Origin: Planctomycetota bacterium
Lineage (GTDB): Bacteria > Planctomycetota > B15-G4
NCBI GenBank assembly: GCA_038212275.1
Contig: JBBQUR010000011.1
Coordinates: 32,001 to 96,000 of the forward strand
Direction of reading: 5' to 3'
Length of the DNA stretch: 64,000 nucleotides
Under the pieces are notes generated by a model. It ran no database searches and was not told the origin of the DNA. It worked only from the letters and a program-made list of their open reading frames with translations. Shown in pieces: positions 29,224 through 38,744 of this stretch; within the stretch, counting starts at the first letter, position 1; each line of letters begins with the position of its first letter. The translations under genes were made by a program, and so were the position numbers.

Positions 29224-30942
29224 ATGACGCACGCCGCCAGCCCGCTCCCCGCCGCCAACGCGGCCCCGCAGAACGTGAAGCCGCCGCGCGCCCCCATCGT
29301 CCTCGTCTGCGACAGCCTGGATCCCGACGGCCTGGCGCTGCTGGCGGCGGCCGGTTTCGAGGTGCGCGTGAAGACCGGTCTGACGCCCGCGCAGATCGCG
29401 GAGGCCGCGCGCGACGTGGACGCGATCCTCGTGCGCAGCACGAGCAAGGTGAGCGCGGACATCCTCGATGCGGCGAAGCGCCTGCGCGTCGTCGGCCGCG
29501 CGGGCATCGGCGTCGACACCATCGACGTGCCGGCGGCCTCGCGCCACGGCGTGCTCGTGATGAACACGCCCGCGGCCAATGCGGTCTCGGCCGGCGAGCT
29601 TGCGCTGGCGCACCTCTTCTCGCTGGCGCGCAAGCTGCCCGCCGCGGACGCAAGCATGAAGGCCGGCAAGTGGGAGAAGTCCTCGCTCACCGGCACGGAG
29701 ATCACGGGCAAAACGCTGGCCGTCGTCGGTCTCGGGAAGATCGGGCGCGTCGTCGCCGAGCGCGCGCTCGGCCTGTCGATGCGCGTGCTCGCCTACGACC
29801 CCTTCCTGCGCGGGCCTTCGCCGATCCCGGGCGTGACGCTGGTGGACCTCGACCGGGCGCTGGCGGAAGCCGACTTCCTCACGCTGCACGTCCCGGGCGG
29901 CAAGGACACGGCAAGCCTGCTCGGCGCGGTGCAGCTGGCCCGCATGAAGCCCGGCAGCTTCGTCATCAACTGCGCGCGCGGCGGCATCGTCGACGAGGCC
30001 GCGCTCATCGCGGCGCTGGAGTCGGGCCACCTCGGAGGCGCGGCGCTCGACGTCTTCAGCACCGAGCCGCTGCCCGCCGACAGCCCGCTCCGCCGCACGA
30101 AGAACCTGCTGCTCACGCCGCACCTCGGCGCCAGCAGCGAAGAGGCGCAGAAGCGCGTGTCGGTGGAGATCTGCCAGCAGCTCATCGACTTCCTGCAGCG
30201 CGGCGAGGCGCGCGGCGCCGTCAACGCGCCGCTGCTCTCGCCCGAGGCGCTGGCCGTGCTGCGACCCTACATCACGCTGGGCCAGCGCTGCGGCCTGCTG
30301 CTCGGCCTCACGGCGGGGCCCGCGGCCGGCGCCGTGCGCATCCGCTACTGCGGCGATCTCGCGCAGAGGCCCGTGGACGCGGTGCGCCTCGCGGTGCTTT
30401 CGGGCCTGCTCACGCCGGCGCTCGACGGGCCGGTGAATGTCGTCAACGCCGGGCTGCTCGCCGCGGAGCGCGGACTTTCCGTCGTCGAGGAGCGCGAGCC
30501 GGCGGGCAGCGAATACGCCTCGTTGCTGCGCGTCTCGGTGACGGCCGCCGACGGCAGCGAGCACGCGGTGGCCGGCACCGCCTTCCGCGGCCAGCCGCGC
30601 CTCGTGGAGTTCGCGGGCTTCGGGGTGGACTTCGTGCCGCAGGGCGAGCTGCTGCTCACGCGCCATCGCGACGCGCCGGGCGTGCTGGGCCTCGTCGCCA
30701 GCTGGCTCGGGACACACGGCATCAACATCGGCGGCCTGCACATGGGCGCGCCGCGGTCCGCCCCGGACGGCGTGCGGCCCGCGTCGACATCCCCTGCCAC
30801 CGGCACAGGTCAGGGCAACCGGCCGGGTGAGGCGCTGGCCCTCTATCAGCTCGACCGGGCGCTCGGCCCCGACGAACTCGACGAGCTGACCCGGCTGCCA
30901 CCCATCGTCAGCGCCCGCGGCCTCTCGCTGGGCGCCGGCTGA
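29224..30942 (+). CDS. serA: D-3-phosphoglycerate dehydrogenase (long form with ACT domain)
   Basis: GRAGIGVD, GLGKIG, INCARGGIVDE, TPHLGAS and C-terminal D.PGVLG..GINI; GGAGG SD. Confidence 0.95.
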   Translation: MTHAASPLPAANAAPQNVKPPRAPIVLVCDSLDPDGLALLAAAGFEVRVKTGLTPAQIAEAARDVDAILVRSTSKVSADILDAAKRLRVVGRAGIGVDTIDVPAASRHGVLVMNTPAANAVSAGELALAHLFSLARKLPAADASMKAGKWEKSSLTGTEITGKTLAVVGLGKIGRVVAERALGLSMRVLAYDPFLRGPSPIPGVTLVDLDRALAEADFLTLHVPGGKDTASLLGAVQLARMKPGSFVINCARGGIVDEAALIAALESGHLGGAALDVFSTEPLPADSPLRRTKNLLLTPHLGASSEEAQKRVSVEICQQLIDFLQRGEARGAVNAPLLSPEALAVLRPYITLGQRCGLLLGLTAGPAAGAVRIRYCGDLAQRPVDAVRLAVLSGLLTPALDGPVNVVNAGLLAAERGLSVVEEREPAGSEYASLLRVSVTAADGSEHAVAGTAFRGQPRLVEFAGFGVDFVPQGELLLTRHRDAPGVLGLVASWLGTHGINIGGLHMGAPRSAPDGVRPASTSPATGTGQGNRPGEALALYQLDRALGPDELDELTRLPPIVSARGLSLGAG

Positions 30943-31009
30943 GTCCGCGCCACCTGGCGGTGCGCTCTCCGGCGTGGCCCGGCCGGCGGGCGCAGCCTAC
31001 GATGCGCCC

Positions 31010-31789
31010 ATGACCGCAGGTCCCGATGCGCCGTCGCCCGATGCCTCGAAGGCGGCGCACGGCGCGGCGCCGGCAGCGCACGCCCCGCCCTTCGAGCGCA
31101 TCGTCTTCGATTGCGACAGCACGCTGGCGCGGCTCGAGGGCATCGAGGAACTCTCCGGCGCGCACCGGGAGCAGGTCGAGGAACTCACCGCGCAGGCGAT
31201 GAACGGGCTCATCCCGCTGCAGGACGTCTACGCACGCCGGCTCGAGCTCGTGCGGCCGTCGCGAAACGCAGTGGCCACGATCGGGCGCCGCTACATCGAG
31301 ACCGCGGTGCCGCAGGCGCAGCAGACGATGATGGCGCTGCGCTCGCTGGGCAAGGAGCTGCTCATCGTCTCGGGCGGGCTGCGCATGGCGGTCGTCACCT
31401 TTGCCGGCTGGCTGGGCCTCAGCGACCAGCACGTGCACGCCGTGAAGATCTGGTTCGACGGCGATGACCGCTTCGTGGATTTCGAGCGCGGCCATCCGCT
31501 CTCGCGCTCCGGCGGCAAGCGCGAGGTGCTCGCCGCGCTGCCGCCGCGACGCACCGCCTTCGTGGGCGACGGCATGACCGACGCGGAGGCCGCCGACGTG
31601 GTGGATTGCTTCGTCTGCTTCGGCGGCGTCGTCGCGCGTCCGGCCGTTGCTGCGCGCGCGCACGTCGTCGTCAACGAGCCCTCGCTGGCGGCGTTGCTGC
31701 CCGTGCTGTGCACGCCCGCGGAGCTGGACAGGCTGAGGCGCGACCCGCGCCACGCCGCACTGCTTCGCTCGCTGCCCGCGCCGCAGTAA
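31010..31789 (+). CDS. serB: HAD-IB phosphoserine phosphatase
   Basis: FDCDSTL..EGI.EL, VSGG, GDGMTD; follows serA. Confidence 0.85.
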   Translation: MTAGPDAPSPDASKAAHGAAPAAHAPPFERIVFDCDSTLARLEGIEELSGAHREQVEELTAQAMNGLIPLQDVYARRLELVRPSRNAVATIGRRYIETAVPQAQQTMMALRSLGKELLIVSGGLRMAVVTFAGWLGLSDQHVHAVKIWFDGDDRFVDFERGHPLSRSGGKREVLAALPPRRTAFVGDGMTDAEAADVVDCFVCFGGVVARPAVAARAHVVVNEPSLAALLPVLCTPAELDRLRRDPRHAALLRSLPAPQ

Positions 31790-31819
31790 GATCGCGCGCC
31801 CCGCTCACGGAGAACCTCC

Positions 31820-32947
31820 ATGCCTGCCAAGCTCTTCATCCCCGGCCCCACGCACGTGCGCCCCGAGATCCTCGCCGCGCAGGCCGCGCCGATGTTCAGC
31901 CACCGCGGCTCGGAGATGAAGCAACTGCTTGCGGACTGCCTGCCCGGCGTGCGCTCGGCCTTCGGAACCTCCGGAGACGTCGTCATCCTGTCCTGCTCGT
32001 CCACTGCGGCGATGGAGGCCGTGGGCCGCAGCGTCACGCGCCCGGGCGGCCGCCTGCTGCACCTCGTGAACGGCAACTTCAGCAATCTGTGGTTCGAGCT
32101 CTCCACAGCCTGCGGACTGTCGGCGCAGTGCGCCGAGAAAAGCTGGGGCGAGGCCTGGGACGAGCAGAGCACGGCGCAGGAGCTGGCCCGGCATCCCGCG
32201 CTGGATGCGGTGATGATCACGCACTGCGAGACCTCCACCGGCGCGCTGTCGGACATCGCCGGCGTCACGCGCGCCGTGCGTGCCCTGCGGCCCGAGGCGC
32301 TCGTCTGCGTGGACGTCACTTCCACAGCATGCGGCGTTGCCATCGACTTCGACGCGATCGACATCGACGTCGCGGTCGGCGGCGTGCAGAAGTGCTGGGC
32401 GCTGCCGCCGGCGCTCGCGCTCGGAGCGCTGTCGAAGCGCGCCAGGGCGCGCATGGCCGCCGTGCCGGGGCGCGGCTACACCAACGACTTCCTGTCGGCG
32501 CTGGAGTTTCAGGACAGCAAGGGCATGACCTCCACCACGCCGGCGATCCCGCTCATGCTGGCGCTGCGCCAGCAGATCCGTGACATCCTCGCCGCGGGCG
32601 GCTTCCAGGCGCGCTTCGACACGCACCTCGCGATGCAGAAGCTCGTGCTCGACTGGGTGGCCCGGCGCGGCTTCGGCGTGCTGGCGCGCGAGGGCTACCG
32701 CAGTCCGTCGGTCACCAGCATCGAGAGCAAGGGCCGCTTCGTGATGGACGACCTCGTCGCCGGCTACAAGAAGGAGGGCTTCTTCCTCACCGGCGGCTAC
32801 GGCAAGACGAAGGACAGCCACTGGCGCATCGGGCACATGGGCGATCACACGCGCACGGACGTGACGGAGCTGCTCGCCGCCACGGACCGCATCCTTGCGG
32901 GACTCACGCCGAAGGACGGCGCACCGGCCTCCGGCACCGCACGCTAG
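31820..32947 (+). CDS. Class V aminotransferase (serine-pyruvate/alanine-glyoxylate type), probably supplying the SerC step
   Basis: FIPGPT, HCETSTG, VDVTS, QKCWALPP, RIGHMG. Confidence 0.9.
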   Translation: MPAKLFIPGPTHVRPEILAAQAAPMFSHRGSEMKQLLADCLPGVRSAFGTSGDVVILSCSSTAAMEAVGRSVTRPGGRLLHLVNGNFSNLWFELSTACGLSAQCAEKSWGEAWDEQSTAQELARHPALDAVMITHCETSTGALSDIAGVTRAVRALRPEALVCVDVTSTACGVAIDFDAIDIDVAVGGVQKCWALPPALALGALSKRARARMAAVPGRGYTNDFLSALEFQDSKGMTSTTPAIPLMLALRQQIRDILAAGGFQARFDTHLAMQKLVLDWVARRGFGVLAREGYRSPSVTSIESKGRFVMDDLVAGYKKEGFFLTGGYGKTKDSHWRIGHMGDHTRTDVTELLAATDRILAGLTPKDGAPASGTAR

Positions 32948-32966
32948 CGCCCGCCTCACGCGCTGG

Positions 32967-33036
32967 CGCCTGCCGCGCGTAAACGTGTGCCGCGCGCAAA
33001 CGCCTGCCGGGCGCAAACGTGTGCCGCGCGCTGGCG
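32967..33036. repeat. 17-bp imperfect tandem repeat x4 between convergent genes
   Basis: gcctgccgcgcgtaaac / gtgtgccgcgcgcaaac / gcctgccgggcgcaaac / gtgtgccgcgcgctggc. Confidence 0.8.
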
Positions 33037-33068
33037 CCCGCCGGGCGCGATGCGCCGGCGTGTCGCGC

Positions 33069-33659
33069 TCAGGTCTCGTGCGAGGCGAGGATCCACTTCT
33101 CCACGTCGGGCGGCTGATGGCGCGCCAACGCGTCGAGCAGCGCATCGGGCTCGCTGCCCGACACCATGAGCTTGCGGTGCTCCGGCTTGATGAAGCCCTC
33201 GCCCACGGCCGAGTCGATGCACCCCAGCAGGCCGTCGAAATAGCCCACCACGTTCAGCAGCCCGATGGGCTTCCTGTGCAGGCCGAGCTGCGCCCACGTC
33301 ACCACCTCGAACAATTCCTCGAGCGTGCCGTAGCCACCGGGCATCGCGACGAAACCGTCGGAGAGCTCGTTCATCAGCGCCTTGCGCCGGTGCATGTTGT
33401 CCACGACGTGCGTGTGCGTGAGCCCGGTGTGCTGCACTTCCTTGGTGGCGAGCGCGGTCGGGATGACGCCTGTCACCTCGCCGCCGCCGGCCAGCACCGT
33501 GTCGGCAAGCACGCCCATGAGGCCGACGCTGCCGCCGCCGTACACCAGCCCGACGCCGCGCCGCACGAGCATGCGCCCCATGGCCTGCGCCGCCGACTTG
33601 TAGACAGGGTCGGTGCCCTCGCTCGAACCGCAGAACACGCACAGCTGCTTGATGTCCAT
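33069..33659 (-). CDS. LOG family nucleotide phosphoribohydrolase (TIGR00730)
   Basis: CVFCGSS, VYGGG.VGLMG, PGGYGTLEE. Confidence 0.95.
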   Translation of the reverse strand: MDIKQLCVFCGSSEGTDPVYKSAAQAMGRMLVRRGVGLVYGGGSVGLMGVLADTVLAGGGEVTGVIPTALATKEVQHTGLTHTHVVDNMHRRKALMNELSDGFVAMPGGYGTLEELFEVVTWAQLGLHRKPIGLLNVVGYFDGLLGCIDSAVGEGFIKPEHRKLMVSGSEPDALLDALARHQPPDVEKWILASHET

Positions 33660-33803
33660 GGCGCCATGCTGCCATGCAGCGGCGACGGACGGAACGACGC
33701 GCTTGTGGAGCGCTGAAACGAACCTGCACGAACCCCGCTCGCCAGGCAGAGCAAGACAGCCCGCCTCGCGCCGCATCGCCGACGACGCGGCTTGCGTTGC
33801 CGC

Positions 33804-34319
33804 TCAGCGCGAGGGCCGGAAACCCCTGGCTTCGTCGGAGACCGCGAGCGCCTGCTGCAGCGCCAGCTGCAGCTCGTCGCCATCGAAGGGCTTGACCAGC
33901 AGCGGGATGCCGTCGGCGGCGAGGCGCCGGCACGCAGCCACCTCGGGCAGGGTGCCACCCGTGCACGCGATCATCGGCCCCGCGGGCTGCTCGGCGCGCA
34001 GCCGCTGGATGAGCTGCAGCCCGCTCATGCTCGGCATGAGCAGATCCGTGAGCACGAGGTCCGCGCCGAGCGCGTGCAGGCTGTCCAGCGCCTGCAGGCC
34101 GGACCCCGCGAGCGTCACGTCGAAACCCATTCGCATGAGCTCGCGTCGCAGCGCCGCGCGACACATGTCCTCGTCATCGACGACGAGCACGCGCAGGCGG
34201 CATGCGCGCGGCACGGTGAGTTCGGCCCGCCCTTGCGGCCCGGGCGGTGCGCCGCCGTCATGGCCATCCAGGCTGTCATCGCCATCCAGCAGTTGCGGTG
34301 CGATCACGGAGTCCGTCAC
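33804..34319 (-). CDS. Single-domain response regulator
   Basis: VLVVDDE, LTDLLMP.MSG, TG, KPF. Start uncertain. Confidence 0.85.
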   Translation of the reverse strand: MTDSVIAPQLLDGDDSLDGHDGGAPPGPQGRAELTVPRACRLRVLVVDDEDMCRAALRRELMRMGFDVTLAGSGLQALDSLHALGADLVLTDLLMPSMSGLQLIQRLRAEQPAGPMIACTGGTLPEVAACRRLAADGIPLLVKPFDGDELQLALQQALAVSDEARGFRPSR

Positions 34320-34480
34320 GTCAAGCCATCCTCGACACGGGTGTCGTCTCGACGCGCCCTCGGCGCGCGCACGACCCGATTCAGTCGGCAGCACGGCCAG
34401 ATGACTTGACGACGATCCGAGTGCGGCAGCTATCCTCTCGCCCCGACCATTCACGCCCACGTCTCTTCAGAGGAACCATC

Positions 34481-35092
34481 ATGCGGCGCGCTTTCACGCT
34501 CATGGCAGCAGTGACCATGCTCCCCTTCCTCCCCTTCGCCGGCGGCTGCGCCTCCGCGCCGGCCTCCACGGCGGCTCCCGCCATGGATGAGGCCGCCATG
34601 ACGGCGCAGATGGAAAAGATGGCCGCGCCGGGTCCGGAGCACCGGAGGCTCGCCGAAGGCGTCGGTCATTGGGAGAACACCTACCGCATGCGCTGGTCGC
34701 CGGACATGCCCTGGCAGGAGAGCAAGGGCAGCACCGACACGACGCTGGTTCTCGGCGGGCGCTACATCATGGAGCGCCATCACTTCGACGTGATGGGCAT
34801 GCCCATGGAGGGGCTCGGGCTCAACGGCTTCGACAACCAGAGCGGCGAGTACATCTCGATGTGGGCGGACACCGGCAGCACGTGGTGGACGACCTCGCGC
34901 GGCAAGGCCGGCCCCGACGGCAGCATCGACTACAAGGGCATGATGACCGACGCGGCCGGCACTCGTCCGTTCCGCATGGTCGTCAAGCCCTCCGGCGACA
35001 ACCTGCACATCGACATGTACGACACGATCCCGCCCGCGGGCGACGTGCTCGTCATGACCATCGACAGCAAGCGCACGGGTCCCGCGCGCTGA
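34481..35092 (+). CDS. DUF1579 family lipoprotein
   Basis: AGGC lipobox; PGPEH..L...G.W, LGGRY, GFDN..G.Y.S.W.D. Confidence 0.85.
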   Translation: MRRAFTLMAAVTMLPFLPFAGGCASAPASTAAPAMDEAAMTAQMEKMAAPGPEHRRLAEGVGHWENTYRMRWSPDMPWQESKGSTDTTLVLGGRYIMERHHFDVMGMPMEGLGLNGFDNQSGEYISMWADTGSTWWTTSRGKAGPDGSIDYKGMMTDAAGTRPFRMVVKPSGDNLHIDMYDTIPPAGDVLVMTIDSKRTGPAR

Positions 35093-35116
35093 GAGCGACG
35101 AAGCGGCCAGGCCGCT

Positions 35117-35761
35117 TCAGTGTCGGTAGGACGAGCCATACCAGCCGTAGCCGTACGGCCCGTAAGCTCCCCACGGCGGAGCGCCGTACGGTCCCCAGCC
35201 CGGTGGCGGGTATGGATTTCGCAGCGCGTCCGGCGACACACGCTGGAAGACCGTCGTGCCGGAGAGCTTGACGCCCTCCACTTCCAGCGCCCAGCCGAGT
35301 GAAAGCCCGTTCATGTCCGGCGTCGCGTCGTCGGGATAGGCGAAGGCAAGATCGGCGAGCGCACTCTCGCCCGCAGCCACTTCGCTCACGCCGTCGACCA
35401 GCCACGCGGAGGAGAACTCCAATAGGTCGCCGGAGAGCAGCCGCTGCCTGCCGACGGGAAGACGGATGGGCAGATCCGTCGTGTTCTGCAGGCGGTAGCG
35501 AAGGTGCACCTGGCGCCGGTCGCTGCCTTCCGGCGTGATCGCGCCGAGCACGGACACGAGCAGGAGCGGCTGCGAACCTCGCGCGGTGTGCACGTCGACG
35601 ACGGCCGGCATCGGTTCGAAGCGATAGCGATAGATGCCGGCGCAGCCGGGCAGGCCCGGCGCCGCGATGAAGAGGCTCAGCAGGGCGAGGAGCGCCGCGC
35701 CTCGCCGCGGACGTCGCGCGGCAGCTTCCGATTCGCAACGCATGATGCGTGCAGCGTGCAT
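35117..35761 (-). CDS. Hypothetical lipoprotein with a Y/G/P/W-rich tail
   Basis: LPGC after a hydrophobic stretch; downstream of hemG. Confidence 0.7.
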   Translation of the reverse strand: MHAARIMRCESEAAARRPRRGAALLALLSLFIAAPGLPGCAGIYRYRFEPMPAVVDVHTARGSQPLLLVSVLGAITPEGSDRRQVHLRYRLQNTTDLPIRLPVGRQRLLSGDLLEFSSAWLVDGVSEVAAGESALADLAFAYPDDATPDMNGLSLGWALEVEGVKLSGTTVFQRVSPDALRNPYPPPGWGPYGAPPWGAYGPYGYGWYGSSYRH

Positions 35762-35771
35762 GAGGATCCTT

Positions 35772-37256
35772 TCAGGCCGCGGGTGAGGCGGCGTGCGCGC
35801 GGGCCAGCGTGCGGGACGTTTCGATGAGGGCGTTCACGGAGATGCCGCGGCGGTGGTTGCCCACCAGCGCGAGTCCCGGAAGTGCGGCAAGCTGCGCCTC
35901 GATGCGTTCCTGCCGCGCGGGCTGGACAAGGTCGTAGCGCGGCAGCACCGCGCGCTGTCGCACGATGTTCGCGTAGAGCGGCTGGCCCGTGAGTCCGAGC
36001 AGAGGCGCGACATCGTCGGCCAGCGTCGCGTGCAACTCCTCGTCGGGCCACTCCACCATGCGTGCGTGGCGGGCGCCGCCCAGCAGCGTGCGCAGCAGCA
36101 CCGTGCCGGACGGCGTGCGCGCCGGCTGGATCGTGGAGGAAAACAGCGTCCCCAGGTGCAGGCGCCGCTCGCACCCCGGCACCAGGTAGCCGAAGCCGTC
36201 CAGCGGATGACGGACATCCTCCCGCCGCCAGCAGTGCACGAACGACACGACCGACTCGCAGGTCATGCTGCCCAGCGCCTCGCCGAGCGCGGCGCTGACC
36301 GGGCCGAGCAGCTTTGCCGCCGCACGCACCGGCAGCGCACACACGACGCGATGCGCACGCACCGTGCCCGCGGAGCTTTCCACGACCCACTCGCCCGTCG
36401 CATGACTCGCGGCATCTCCCGCGCCGTTCCACCCACGACTTTCGGAGCGCAGCGTGGTGACGCGCACGCTGGTCTGCAGGCGCGGGCCCAGCGCTGCGGC
36501 CAGCGACTCCGCGAGCGTGGACAGTCCGCCCGGCAGAGAAAGCAGCGACGGCACGCGTCTGGCCTCGCCACGCGCGCGTGCCGCCTTGCCGCGCGCGCGC
36601 AGCCCGGCGAGCAGGCTGCCGTGCTCCGACACGAGCGCGTGCAGCAGCGGAAACGCCGCGCGCACCGAGAGCAGCTCCGGGTCGCCGGCGTAGATGCCGG
36701 TGACGAAGGGATCCACGAGGCGATCGAGCACCTGCACGCCGAGTCGATGCCTCACGAAGTCCGCCACGGAGCCATCCAGCGCCGTGCGCGCGTCGCGCCA
36801 CGGTTCGGTGAACGCGCGCAACTTGCCGCCGAGCGACAGCAGCGGACTCCTGAGGAAGGCGGGCGGACTCGTCGGCAGCGCGACGAGCTGCCCGTTGCAC
36901 AGCACGAAGCGCTGCCGCGCCGCCTCCGCGGCGGGCAGCGGCGCGAGCCCCAGCTCGGCGAACAGCGCAAGCACGTCGGGCGTGTTGTCCTGAAGCGCCT
37001 CGGGCCCCCACTCGAAGTGCAGGGCTCCGCCGCCGTGCTCGGCGGGCAACCGCGCATGCTCCGTGCGCACCAGCCCGCCCGCCCGCGGGCCGGCCTCCAG
37101 CACCAGGACATCCGCGCCGACCCCACGGCCGTGCGCGTACGCGAGACCCGCCACGCCGGCCCCGAGCACGACGGTGTCCACGCACGCCGGCAACGGAGTG
37201 GGCGCGCCGCCGGATCGGACGCCCTGTTCGTCGGCGGGAGAGATCGCGTCGCTCAT
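35772..37256 (-). CDS. hemG: Protoporphyrinogen oxidase (HemY-type flavoprotein)
   Basis: GAGVAGL, EWGP, PFVTGIYAGDP, GFGYLVP, LGTLFSS. Confidence 0.92.
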   Translation of the reverse strand: MSDAISPADEQGVRSGGAPTPLPACVDTVVLGAGVAGLAYAHGRGVGADVLVLEAGPRAGGLVRTEHARLPAEHGGGALHFEWGPEALQDNTPDVLALFAELGLAPLPAAEAARQRFVLCNGQLVALPTSPPAFLRSPLLSLGGKLRAFTEPWRDARTALDGSVADFVRHRLGVQVLDRLVDPFVTGIYAGDPELLSVRAAFPLLHALVSEHGSLLAGLRARGKAARARGEARRVPSLLSLPGGLSTLAESLAAALGPRLQTSVRVTTLRSESRGWNGAGDAASHATGEWVVESSAGTVRAHRVVCALPVRAAAKLLGPVSAALGEALGSMTCESVVSFVHCWRREDVRHPLDGFGYLVPGCERRLHLGTLFSSTIQPARTPSGTVLLRTLLGGARHARMVEWPDEELHATLADDVAPLLGLTGQPLYANIVRQRAVLPRYDLVQPARQERIEAQLAALPGLALVGNHRRGISVNALIETSRTLARAHAASPAA

Positions 37257-38686
37257 GCCGCGCCGCTCCCGAGCATGTGGCGCAACGCGTTCCGGAGTTC
37301 GGCGTGGCGGAACGCGTAGTCGCTGCCGAGCAGCGCGATCGGCACGACGCGCGTGCTGGAGAGCAGCAGGGCGTCGGCCATTTCGCCGACGAGCTTGCGC
37401 GCCACGGGCGCCGGCAGCGGAAGCAGCGCCGGTCGATGCAGCACGGCGCCGAGCGCGCGCGCGAAGTCGGCGTTGGGCAGCGGCTGCGGCGAGACCGCGT
37501 TGCACGGCCCCGACAACGAGTCCGTGAACAACGCGTGGTGCATCGCGCCAACCAGGTCATCCAGCGAAATCCAGCTCCACCACTGCCGGCCGCTGCCGAT
37601 GGGTCCGCCGCCCCCGAGCCGGAACGGCAGGAGCAGCTTGCCCAGCGCGCCGCCCTGCGGCGAGAGCACCGTGCCGATGCGCAGATTCACGGTGCGGATG
37701 CCCGCGGCGGCAGCCGGCGCGGTGGCGCTCTCCCACGCCTCGCACACCTCGGGCAGAAAGCCGGCGCCGGCCTCCGAGCGCTCGGTGAGCAACTCGTCGC
37801 CGCGGTCGCCGTAGTAGCCGATGGCCGACGCGCACAGGAAGGCCGCCGGCTTGCGGCGCAGCGAGCCGAGCGCGCGCGCGAGCGCCGCGGTCGGGCCCAC
37901 GCGGCTGCTGCGAACCGCCTCCTTGTGCGCCGGATTCCAGCGCCGCGCCGCGATGTTCTCGCCGGCGAGGTGCACGACGGCGTCGAGCCCCTCCAGAGCC
38001 TCGCGGTCGATGGCGCCCGACGCCGGCTCCCACGCGACGGAGGATGGCGCGCCCGCGACGGGCGACTCGCCGACGGCTCCTCCCGTGCCGTGAGCTCCGG
38101 AGCGCTGCAACCGCACGACCTCGTGCCCGCCGGTGGACAGGAAGGCCACGAGCTGACGGCCAACGAGTCCGCTCGCGCCGGAGACGAGCACGCGCATCGG
38201 ACGACCGCCCAGGTGCTCGGCGTGTGCAGCGTGCGCGGCGAGGTCCGCGCGCGTCGTGTCGTGACGATAGCGGAAGAGGCGCGCCAGCTCGCCGCGCGCG
38301 AAGGCGCCGAGCAGCGGCTGCGTCAGCAGCGACATGGGCAGCGCGTACTGCACGCGATCCGTGAGCCAGCACGCATCGGGGCCATCCGGCTCGAAGCGGT
38401 GCACGTGCTCCCAGTGCGCGAACGGCCCGCGCTCGGCGCTGTCGCGAAACTCGCGTCCGGGAACGCACGCGCCGTGCACCGCGACCCAGCGCTTGCGCAG
38501 CGGCCCGGCGCGCAGTCGCATCACGACGCGCGTACCGGCCGAGAGCCCCGCGCCCTGCTCGATGACCTCCACGTGCTGCCACGGCGGCGAGAGCCGCTGG
38601 AAGGCGCCGGGCCGCGCGTGCCATGCATAGGCCTCGTCCGCGGAGACGGGCAGGCGCACGCGCGCCGTGAACTCCTGGAGCTTCAA
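37253..38686 (-). CDS. TIGR01777 family NAD-dependent epimerase with N-terminal SRPBCC domain
   Basis: WHARPGAF.RL.PPW, GASGLVG, HLAGENI, SAIGYYG, GSGRQWWSWI. TTG start inferred. Confidence 0.92.
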   Translation of the reverse strand: MKLQEFTARVRLPVSADEAYAWHARPGAFQRLSPPWQHVEVIEQGAGLSAGTRVVMRLRAGPLRKRWVAVHGACVPGREFRDSAERGPFAHWEHVHRFEPDGPDACWLTDRVQYALPMSLLTQPLLGAFARGELARLFRYRHDTTRADLAAHAAHAEHLGGRPMRVLVSGASGLVGRQLVAFLSTGGHEVVRLQRSGAHGTGGAVGESPVAGAPSSVAWEPASGAIDREALEGLDAVVHLAGENIAARRWNPAHKEAVRSSRVGPTAALARALGSLRRKPAAFLCASAIGYYGDRGDELLTERSEAGAGFLPEVCEAWESATAPAAAAGIRTVNLRIGTVLSPQGGALGKLLLPFRLGGGGPIGSGRQWWSWISLDDLVGAMHHALFTDSLSGPCNAVSPQPLPNADFARALGAVLHRPALLPLPAPVARKLVGEMADALLLSSTRVVPIALLGSDYAFRHAELRNALRHMLGSGAA

Positions 38687-38744
38687 GCGCTGCCCTCCGG
38701 CGAGGCGCCGGGCGCGACCGGCGGCGCGTGACGGACGGCGCGCA

